This document shows, one piece after another, positions 1-10,040 of a DNA stretch of 64,000 bases; positions within the stretch are counted from its first letter, which is position 1; every line of letters starts with the position of its first letter. Source of the DNA: Proteromonas lacertae (taxonomy: Eukaryota); NCBI GenBank assembly GCA_002245135.1, contig NGBS01001197.1:1-64000 (forward strand), given 5' to 3'. The notes beneath the pieces are model-generated. The model was not told where the DNA came from and searched no databases. It was given only the letters and a program-made list of their open reading frames with translations. The position numbers and the translations under genes were made by a program.

Positions 1-324
1 CTTAAGCTTTCAATTATGGCATTAGAATTATCAATTTCTGCTTTGTATTTGCTAATGTCATTTTTCATTACAATTACTTCATATTCATAGTTTGATATAG
101 TCTCTTGTAATCTAGAAATTTTGTCACTGCTGTCTTGCACCATTTCTGTCAATCTTTCATCAACTAAAACATCATGCTTTTGTTTTTCTGCTTGGACGAA
201 TTTATAGCAAACAGTACCGTCATTTGGTTGATAATTGACTTTATTGTACTAATTAAATCAATAAAACAAAGAAAATATATACAAGTGGAACAACATTGTA
301 GTTATAAAATTGATGTTTATTCAT
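1..324 (-). CDS. Coiled-coil protein, 5' part (inverted copy of 42190-43285; truncated by window edge)
   Basis: Reverse complement of 42190-42513. ATG at 324, one short GT-AG intron. Confidence 0.65.
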
Positions 325-339
325 TGAAGCAAAATAATC

Positions 340-657
340 AAAGATTTAAATTTCTATGAAACGAATTTATTTTTGAATTATTTTCTTTTTTTTTGTTTCT
401 GATTAATAGAAGAATATTAATATTGTTTTATAAGCGTAAAATATATTACTTTGCATTGTATAACTTTTTATGATATAATATAGAACAAAATAATAGAAGA
501 AAAAGAATAACAGTAAAAAAGAAATCCGAACTGCCGGGATCGAACCAGCGACCCACAGATTACAATTTTCTTTCTACAGTCTGTTGCTCTTCCAACTGAG
601 CTAAGTTCGGACATGAAATTTTTCAAAAATTAGCATTTATTAATAGCATAGAACATT
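340..657. repeat. ~315-bp tRNA-Tyr module, direct repeat copy L1
   Basis: Aligns by eye with 1831-2144 from AAAGATTTAAATTT to ATTAATAG..AGAA.ATT; ends approximate. Confidence 0.9.
525..610 (-). tRNA. trnY-GUA: tRNA-Tyr(GUA) with 13-nt intron
   Basis: Acceptor CCGAACT/AGTTCGG+A73, D arm GCTC/GAGC, anticodon stem ACAGA/TCTGT with CT-GTA-G, intron AAAGAAAATTGTA at 37/38, T loop TTCGATC, oligo-T terminator. Confidence 0.97.
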
Positions 658-688
658 AAAAACAATTTATCTACTCTTTTACATTATA

Positions 689-1823
689 TTACTTATAAGA
701 TTCTTTACATTCACCTTTCTTATGATCATCAAATAACAAATCTCTAATATTTTCCAGTATTTTACTATTATCGTTTCTATCAAAGTCTTTATCTATATAA
801 CTCTTAACATAAGGCATTTCCATCAACTCTCTACTACTTAATCTTTCATCAGGATTAAATTTAATCAATTTATTTATTATATCATTCAAATCTTTCGAAT
901 ACATTTTTGGAATTGCACATAATTTACTTTCTTCCATAATTCTATCTTCCTTTTTAATCATTTTATGTCTTTCATGTTGATTGTTAGTGTAAGGAGCTTT
1001 TAAAGTGCACATTTCGTATATAATGCAGCCTAAACTCCACATATCCACTTTAGCATCATATTTATCATCACCTATTTCTGGAGCACTATAATTTGGTAGT
1101 TTTGCTATATCTATTGTATGTGATTTCTGTTTAATATTATTTTTCTCTTCTTCTATTGTATCATTATCATCATCATCATCTTCTTCTTCAGAATGATAAT
1201 CATCATTACCTTCTTTAACTTGTGGAACTACTACATTTCTCAGTTTTTGTGGATCATTTGATAAAATTAATGAACTTTCACTGTTATAAGGTCTAGCTAT
1301 ATGAAAATCACCAATTACAAATTCACCACTTAAAGATCTTTTGATATTCTCTGGTGTTAGATTTCTATTTATAATGTGTGAACCATCAGGTCGTTCTGCA
1401 TGAAGATAGCATAATCCTTGTGCTAAATTAGCTAAACATCGTTTTATTGTCTATTTATATAATTATGGTAAATAGTAATACAGATTCTTTAAATCTTTTG
1501 TTTTTTGTTCTTGTCATTCTTATATATTCTGATAAATTATTTTGTGTGAAGTTTTCTACATAAAGTTTACATTCATTACCGGTAATTTCGGTTTTAATAC
1601 AATGAAGAATATATCTACAGTTGGTATTTGATAATATTTCTTTCTATTTTTTATATTAATATAAATATAATAATACTTCCCATCTCATATATTTTTTCTG
1701 TTCCTCATTCATTTTGTCAGTATTATAAATATACACAGTGGTATTTTCACCATTTAATTCTTTTGGAACAACATCCAAATAATTTGATGTATTTTGTTCA
1801 TCACTTCCATTTCTATTTGCCAT
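689..1823 (-). CDS. NEK-like pseudokinase (2 short introns)
   Basis: Spliced reading gives CYLH..IINRNLTPENI (HRD lost), GDFH (DFG altered), YSAPE, DMWSLGCIIYEMCTLKAPY, PDERLS. Confidence 0.85.
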
Positions 1824-1830
1824 ATTTTCA

Positions 1831-2144
1831 AAAGATTTAAATTTGAAACGAATATAATTTTTGTATTATTTTTCTTTTTTGTTTTTGATTGATATAAAGT
1901 ATATTAATATTGTTTTATACACGCAGAATATATTACTTTGCATTGTATAACTTTTTATGATATAATATAGAACAAAATAATAGAAGAAAAAGAAATAACA
2001 GTAAAAAAGAAATCCGAACTGCCGGGATCGAACCAGCGACCCACAGATTACAATTTTCTTTCTACAGTCTGTTGCTCTTCCAACTGAGCTAAGTTCGGAT
2101 ATGAATTTTTCAAAAATTAGCATTTATTAATAGTTTAGAATATT
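1831..2144. repeat. ~315-bp tRNA-Tyr module, direct repeat copy L2
   Basis: Direct repeat of 340-657. Confidence 0.9.
2013..2098 (-). tRNA. trnY-GUA: tRNA-Tyr(GUA) with 13-nt intron
   Basis: Same cloverleaf and intron as 525-610. Confidence 0.97.
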
Positions 2145-2170
2145 TTGAATTTTTAAAATCATTTCTCATC

Positions 2171-4844
2171 ATGTATTCAAATATTGAAGTTGCTGTGAGA
2201 TGTAGGCCTTTGAATGAAAGAGAGATGGATTCTTCTGCAAGAGGTTTAATAGAATGTGATGAATTATCTAAAACAGTGTCTGTAATTCAAAATAGACAAC
2301 GTAGATCCTATCATTACGATAAAGTATTTGGAATCGATACAACACAAGAAGAAGTATTCAACGGTGTAGCATATGATTTAATAAACGATGTATTGAATGG
2401 TTTTAACTGCACTATATTTGCCTATGGTCAGACAGGAACAGGAAAAACTTTTACAATGGAAGGTGTTCCTTCAGATTCAGAATATAAAGGAATCATCCCA
2501 AGAAGTATAGAAATGATTCTTTCAAACTTAACAAAATCAGGTACACAGTATGAAATTTTAGTCTCATTTCTTGAAATCTATAAAGAAGAATTGAGAGACT
2601 TACTAGTTCCTTCAAATCATCTAAAAATCGTAGATGATAGTCAGAAAGGAGTAATATGTCAAAATTTAGAAGAAGTTTCTGTAAATTCTTTAAATGAAAT
2701 AATGAAACTATTTATTCGAGCTAATGAAAATCGAATGACAGCCACAACTCTTTTAAATGAAAAATCAAGTCGATCTCATTCAATCTTTACCATCACACTG
2801 AATATGAAAGAACAAAGTGATACAAGTGAAGAAGAAATAATGAAAAGTGGTAAATTGAATTTAGTAGATTTAGCAGGAAGTGAGAATGTAATGAAAGCTG
2901 GTGTTGGAAATAATAATGATCGAATTCGCGAAAGTCAAAAGATAAATCAATCGTTATTAACATTGGGAAGAGTAATAACTTCATTAGTAGAAAATAAATC
3001 ACATATTCCTTATCGAGATAGTAACTTGACTCGATTATTGAAAGAATCTTTGGGTGGTCGAGCTAAGACTTGCTTAATAGCGACAATAAGTGGAGATTAT
3101 AGTTCAATAGATGAATCTGTATATATATAAATAATAATAATAATTATTATTATTATTTTAATAGATTAACACTTTAGAATATGCTCTGAAAGCAAAAAAT
3201 ATCAAAAATCGACCTGTAATCAATCAAAAGAAGACGAATAAAGCAAAAATTCGAGATTATAGTAAAAGAATCAATGAATTGCAATTATTATTAAAACAAC
3301 AACGAGATCATAATGGAATCTTGATAAAAGAAGATGAATATAATGAATTGAATGAAAAGATAAGGAGATATGAAGAGAATAAGAAGAAATTAGAAAATCT
3401 GATAAATGAGAAGAGAAACATGATAAATGATAAAGAAAATATGAAAAATGAGTTGAATAATATGAAAGAAAATGTATTTATATAATATTATTGATAATAT
3501 GTATATACTAAAATAGATCGATAATCATATAAACAGTCATCAAATAAAACGAAATGAATATTTCAATGTGATTGAAAATTTAGAAAATGAAAAGAAACTG
3601 AGATTAAATGAAACAGAAAAATTACAATACAAATTCAATAAAGACTTAGAAATTTTAACAGAAAATACATCTGAAACGACTATATTTCAAAATGAAATGA
3701 AAAACAAAATCAAAGAAATTCGATCATTTCTTGAAAATTTCAATCAAAATGAAGAAAACAAATATGAATTAATATGTAATGAAATGAAATCATTTTGTAA
3801 TTCATGTGAGAATGAGATAAGTTCAATTAATCAAGATTTGAGTGTTTTATCATCTGAAATATCTCGAATTAGTAACAATACGAAAGATAATATAATAAAA
3901 TATAGTGTAAATGTGAAGAATGCATTAAATGAAATAAACTCGAATTTATTGAATTTAAATGAATCAATAATAATATATAGAGGAAGTGAAATCGATGATT
4001 CTTTTTCGAATAACAATGAAAAATGGTTTAAAGAAGATTCAAATGAAATAATCAACTCAATATATAAGTTGGTATATTTAATATAAAATTTAATATTTTA
4101 TAATAGAAAGAATATTTTGATCAAAAGTTGAATGATTATGAAAAACAATTAACAAATATTCAATCAAAACAAGAAAACAAGATATTAGCTCTTTTAGACA
4201 CAATGAATGAAGGAATGAAAGATTTAAAGAATGAAGAAGATTCATTTTGGATAGGAATAGAAGAAATGAGTGAAAATATAATAAATAATTATAATACAAA
4301 GATCGAGAATGATGAAGAAAAGATAGTTAATAAAATCAATTCAATAAAAAGTAATAGTTTAAACTATAAGAAATCATTTGATATAAGAAATGAGAAAGAG
4401 AATGAAATAATTTATAAATATATGAATAATATAAAGAATGAATTTGAAAATAATAAAATGAATTATGAGAATATATTGAATATAAATGATCAATATATAA
4501 ACTCAATTGAAAATTCTAAAACAATCAATAATAGTATATATATATATATAATATAATATAATATAATATAATATATAGATGTGAATAAAATAAATGAAAG
4601 TATTGATAATTTGAACAGATGGACAATATTAGATCAATATAATGAAATACCAATAGAATTTGAAGAATTTAGTAATTGTCTTAATGATAAATGTAATGAG
4701 TTAATAAGTGAAATGGATAGTTTTATGCGAAGTTATAAGATAATAGTACCTACTGGAATTACTCCTGAGAAGAGACAGTTTGTATTACCTGAATTATCTT
4801 CTCCTTGTAAAAATTGTCCTAGTTTTAACATGGAGTTGGAATAA
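2171..4844 (+). CDS. KIF11: Kinesin-5 (BimC/Eg5 family), multi-exon
   Basis: VRCRP, P-loop GQTGTGKT, SSRSH, DLAGSE, HIPYRDS. Coiled stalk and C-terminal BimC box PTGITPEKR. Short introns, e.g. 3119-3164. Confidence 0.93.
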
Positions 4845-4952
4845 CTAATTAATATGATAAGAATTATATAATAATGATAATATTTTGCTATTTTTATGCT
4901 ATTTTACTGAAAATTTTATACTATTGGGCAATTCAAAAAATTAAAAAAAAAT

Positions 4953-4961
4953 GGCGCGAAA
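4953..4961. promoter_or_regulatory. Putative E2F site (GGCGCGAAA = TTTCGCGCC)
   Basis: Exact E2F consensus in very AT-rich intergenic DNA about 210 bp upstream of the ATG at 5169. Motif match only. Confidence 0.4.
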
Positions 4962-5168
4962 TAAAAGTATGATATGTTACATCGTTCTAAAAAATTTCTA
5001 GACTCACAGCCATGCAGGATTTTTCCTTTTATACAGTCTCGTACTAATGCCATCAGACAGTATTAGCATTATCAATATTATTTTAGAATTTACCATGCCA
5101 TCTTACGCAATTGCAGAAGAATCACCATTCAACCAACATTTAAGCAAAAAGTTAAAGTAACTACGTTT

Positions 5169-5897
5169 ATGGGGGATAAATGTCCAATTTGTTTCAGAAA
5201 ACATAGAAAAGGCATTATCCCTTTGAAATGCATAAGAGCATCAGTATCAGAAGCTGCAAAATCACTTGTATTTGCTCTAGAAAAGGAGAAAACACCTCAA
5301 GCCACAAATTATGCTGTTGTTAAAACATTTTCACCATTTCTTTTAAAGAATATTGGTAGAATGGGATGGCATATACCATCTTATGAAGCTTCTGCTAAGT
5401 TTTCATTAATTAGAGTTTTAAATCCAATTAACTACTTAGAACAACATCCAGAAGTAAAATCATTCGAAGACAAGGTTCCTGTTGAGTTCATTGGATTTTC
5501 TGATGCAAAACCTAGAATGGTTAAAAATAAGGATTTGAAAAGATTAGATTCACAAAATGAGCAATTATCTGAATGGCTTTTAAAAGATCCAAAAAAGGTA
5601 CAAGCATTTAGAATGGTTGTAGTATTCATAAATATTCTATATTCTATTCTAGCAACATTATAGACCAATTAAAAAGGAATTTCATTGTAACAGATGTGAC
5701 GAATGTGGAATTGGTATTATATTTTCATTTATATTTCTATAGATTTTGATACTGATAGGAATGACTATTTCACTCATTGTGATACTGTGTGTGATTATTG
5801 TTACAAATACAAAGGATCTGATCCAGAAACACCCATCAGATCATTATTCGATCAGATTCAAGATATCTTCAAAGGTTCTAACATACGTCAACCATGA
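5169..5897 (+). CDS. Small Cys-rich protein with CCHC-like N-terminus, possible PWWP/Tudor-like core and C-terminal Zn finger (2 introns)
   Basis: CPICxxxH...C; VPVEFIGF strand; spliced C-terminus CNRCDECG..HCDTVCDYC; conserved in the right arm. Confidence 0.6.
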
Positions 5898-7271
5898 AGG
5901 TTGATATTTCACTATTATTAACATTCACTATCATATTAACTCTATTTGTTTTCATTTCAGCACCATAATCACTATTCACATAATTATAACATCACATAAC
6001 TCTTCACTGATGAGAAATAGATAATTTAAATTTTAATGAAAAAAACACCAAATTTCATCAAATCATGCTTGATTATCTATTTTGAATAATTGTTTATAAC
6101 TCATCATATTTTGTTTACTTCTTACAGAAAATCATTATATTAGTAAATTACCACCAAAATTACCTTTATATGATATGAAAACCTCATTAGAATCAGTTGT
6201 TAATAAAAACTCTAACAAAAGAAAGAATAGATAGAGCATGTGTATTGAAGTATATTGAAACTTTATCGCTAATTCGTTACAGGAACATAAATGGAATGAT
6301 AAAATATGATATATTTAGTATTAATGATGAAATGTTGGAATTGACATGTGATAGAATGGAAAATATTGGATTGCTGCCTTTATCACTCGAAATTATTCCT
6401 ACTCTAATCACAGATCTATGTTCAAATCTTCAATCATTACATTCATATGGTATAATACATGGAAATATAAAGATAACGAATATATTACTAAACAAATGTA
6501 ATGAATTAATATTAAGTGATTATTGTATGTATAATATAAAGGCATATGAAGAAATGAAATGTTATTATAGTATAGAACAAATATATAATAAAGAAATAAC
6601 ATATAAGAGTGATATATGGAATTTAGGATGTTTAATATACTTATGTATAAGCAATACAAATCCATTTGATGATAATAGTTCAATTTATGATTTAATAGAA
6701 AATATAAATAGTGGAAATTATAAAGAATTACCAATGAATGTAATAAATGATAATGAATATAGAATATATGAAGAATTATTTGATAGAATATTTAAATATA
6801 AAAACATTAGTTTAAATGAAATAAAAGTGATAATATCTCCATTATTAAATAATAATAATAAAGCCTTAGAATTTCCAGATATTGATAATATACTAAAAAT
6901 AATGAATAAAATAGAATACATTCCTAATTTATATATAAATGATATAAATGATATAATATTTAAAGAAATAATGAATATATATAAAATATCAAAAGATTAT
7001 TATTATGTAATGTATTCCATAAAGTTATATTTGTTAATAGAAAAGAATGATATTCATCATATATCATTATCGAATCTATTTTACTATATTGAGAGTAGAA
7101 ATAATCGATTATATGATGAATTAAGAAGTATAATAATTAATTATAATAAAAGTCTTATTATATTTAAAATGAATAATTTAAAGAATATTTACTTTATATT
7201 TAGTAATATTTATTTATTATCATCTTGTTTAAAAGAATTAGAAATATCTAATTTTCCCTTATCACATTATA

Positions 7272-9197
7272 ATAGTAGGAACCAAAATTATATAGTTTGG
7301 GCTCGTCCAATTTAAAAAAAAGCATAAGTAGTTAAAAAGCATAAGTAGTAAGTTTTAAATCTAAAAAAAAGTGGCAATCAAGCCTTCAAACTCTTAACTA
7401 TAAAATTTGAATTTTTTTAACGGTTTTACAAAAATAATATATTACAGGTAGTATTTTTATTAATCTACCTAAATAAGTAATAGTAAAAAAATCTATTCAT
7501 CTATTTTTTACCTTTAAATTCTTGCTACTTCTTGAAAAAAATCAAAAGAACTTGTTGCAACAAAAAAATATTCGTTTTGTTGCATCCCAAAAAACTAGCT
7601 GTTATAGTTTTTATTTATTAATTTTATCGGGGCAGAGCAATGAGTAATTCTATCTCTGTTGACCCTTTTCGGAATTCAGGTAGATATCTATCTGATTCCG
7701 AGATAAAAATTATTGAAAAGATGTGGTGTGAAAACATTAAATGTAAGTATTCTGATATAGCAAGTAAATTAGGTAGGAATAGATCTACTATTTTAAGGTA
7801 CATCAGAAAAGCAGGCTTTATACGGCAGAAAAAGCAAAGTACAGAAAATGAAGATCTATCAACAGTGAAGAGAGGAAGACCCTCAAAGCTTTATGATGAA
7901 GAGAGGGCTAATTACCTCATCAAAGAATTTCTATCTGAGCAAGCTGCTCATAATAATGTTGTACAAAGTGTTGATGAGTTAAGGGTCTTCTTGATTGATA
8001 ATGGTTTTGTAGATGAATATATATCCATTACCTCTGTTAGACGTTATTTACATAAATTCAACATTAATTTCAAATCAATTAAGACTTATCCTCATCAGTC
8101 TGAGGAGCAAATGTTGTATAGATATCGTCTCTCCCTAAAGAATCAACAGAGAGATTATAGGTGTGTAATTTTTAGTGATGAATCTATATTTAGATTAAGA
8201 AGTGTTGAAACTACTGGTTGGCTTTCAGATGATACACCTGCATTCAGGCCTCAGTTCAACAAATCAAACGCAGGAATAATGGTTTGGGGGGCATTCTCTT
8301 ACTTTGGATATTCAGATCTTATTGTATTCCCTCAAAAACCTGGGAAAGATAGAACAGTTAAGAACATTGATTCAAGTAGTTATATATGGTATATTTCAAG
8401 AAGTTTACCTCTTATTATGAGTTTACACCCTCCAGAATGTCCACCAGTATACCTACAAGATAATGCTGCAATCCATAAAAGTCATCAAACAATGAATTAT
8501 TTGAAATCGAAGAAATGGGTTACTGTTCCTCATCCACCCTATTGATGATGAAACGTGATATAAGAGGTATAGGAGACAATTTAATGACAATAGAATCGTT
8601 AACAGAAGCTGCGGAAGAAAGTTGGAATAGGCAAATGGCAGATGAAGATACAAGACATAAATTGGCTTATAGATACAGAGAGTGTAATATGTGTTGTGCA
8701 GTTAACCATGGTAAATTTGTGTTAGATAATAGTCTTACAACATTCAGAACTGATTGTCTTGTACCTTCAAAACTCTAATATATAGTAAAAATTGATGAAT
8801 GTATTTTTTTATGGGTTATTAAATAATCAAAATTTTTAACATTTCAAATTTTTAATTTTTTAAAGATCTTGTAAGTACTTTCAATATTTCCTTTATAGGC
8901 ACAAAAATAGTATTAGATTTTCTCTATTAAATGAGCCTCATAGACATAAGTCAAGTCTTATAGTTATCGCAAAAAAAAGAAAAGCTTGACGCAACTAAAA
9001 AGCTTGACATGATTTTTACATTTTTCATTTTTTTAGAGGAAGTAAATACTTTTATAATACGAAAGTATAATACAATATAGTGCTTTTATATGCGTATTTA
9101 AAAATGTGTTAAGACTCAAAAACAAACAAAAAGACAAAAAAATATAAAGAAAAACTCGAGCCGTATGCTCGAAGCAACAACATTTTGAAGCCACTAT
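7272..9197 (+). mobile_element. IS630/Tc1/mariner-superfamily DNA transposon, TA target duplication
   Basis: Absent from the right arm, where the empty site reads CACATTATATTTATA. TA at 7270-7271 and 9198-9199. Termini ATAGT...ACTAT. Encodes a DDE transposase. Confidence 0.95.
7640..8778 (+). pseudogene. Tc1-like DDE transposase, frameshifted, third catalytic motif missing
   Basis: HTH (IASKLGRNRSTILRYI), GRP, FSDES, IMVWGAFS, LQDNA..H, HPPY then stop. The C-terminal part (MMKR..EESW) continues in another frame. SPDLNPIE-type motif absent. Confidence 0.88.
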
Positions 9198-10040
9198 TAT
9201 TTATATAATATGTAAAAATATTCATTATCTTGTTAATCTAACGAAATTATCATTAATTCATTGTTATTTGAGAGATATAGATATAATATGTTTAAGTGAT
9301 AATTTAATAAAGATGAAGAAAATTGAAAGTTTATCATTATGTGATAATAGTGAAATCGAATTAACTGAAAGTATGGAATATTTATCAATTAAATTTGATA
9401 GTATAGAAGAGTTGAAATCTTTTGCTTTACAAAGTATCTATTTATATTATTATATATTGAAATAGATTATCGAATAGATAAAATCAGTTTTAAACTATTT
9501 CTATCAAATTTATCAACTCTTTATTCTCTTAATTATTTGAATTTGAGAAATAATGAAATAGATGATGAATTATTCTCCTATTTATCTTCCTCACTATTGA
9601 AACTGACATTATTAAGTGATTTATATTTATCATATAATGAAATAAGTGAAGAAGAGATGTATAAATACTTGAAAGTATATGAAATAGATAATGAAGAAAT
9701 GAATGAAATATGTAATAAATACGTTAATGAAATAAATGAAAATTATATTGGAAGTGTTTCTGATATTTGTATATTTATATACGTTATAGCTATTTTTGTT
9801 AAATAGATAATGAAATGAGAAATGAAATAATGAAAAATGGATTTAAAATTCCTCAATTGAAATATTTAGAATTTGATCCTGATGTTTTGAGTTTTAGAAA
9901 CAAATATCAATCAAAATTTCCATTTATTAACATATGTTGATTTTGTTTATATATTTTATGATTTATTAAAACCATACACAACACACAAAATAATATAATC
10001 TTTTCAATAATAAGAATGAAATGAATGTAATAATATGTTA

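Larger units (their letters stand above)
6175..9940 (+). pseudogene. Pseudokinase-LRR gene disrupted by a 44-bp frameshifting deletion and a transposon insertion
   Basis: Compared with the intact copy at 34475-36353: 44 bp missing at AAAGAAT (6222-6228) and a 1926-bp insert at 7272-9197. Confidence 0.9.

Noticed and set aside
1866..2123. ORFs over the tRNA modules (also 40399-40659 and 41887-42147)
   Set aside because: They are translations of the tRNA-Tyr gene and its AT-rich flank.
8543..8551. TGATGATGA after the transposase HPPY as stop readthrough, programmed frameshift or alternative genetic code
   Set aside because: The conserved catalytic motif is missing in all frames, so a deletion explains it; other genes use standard stops.
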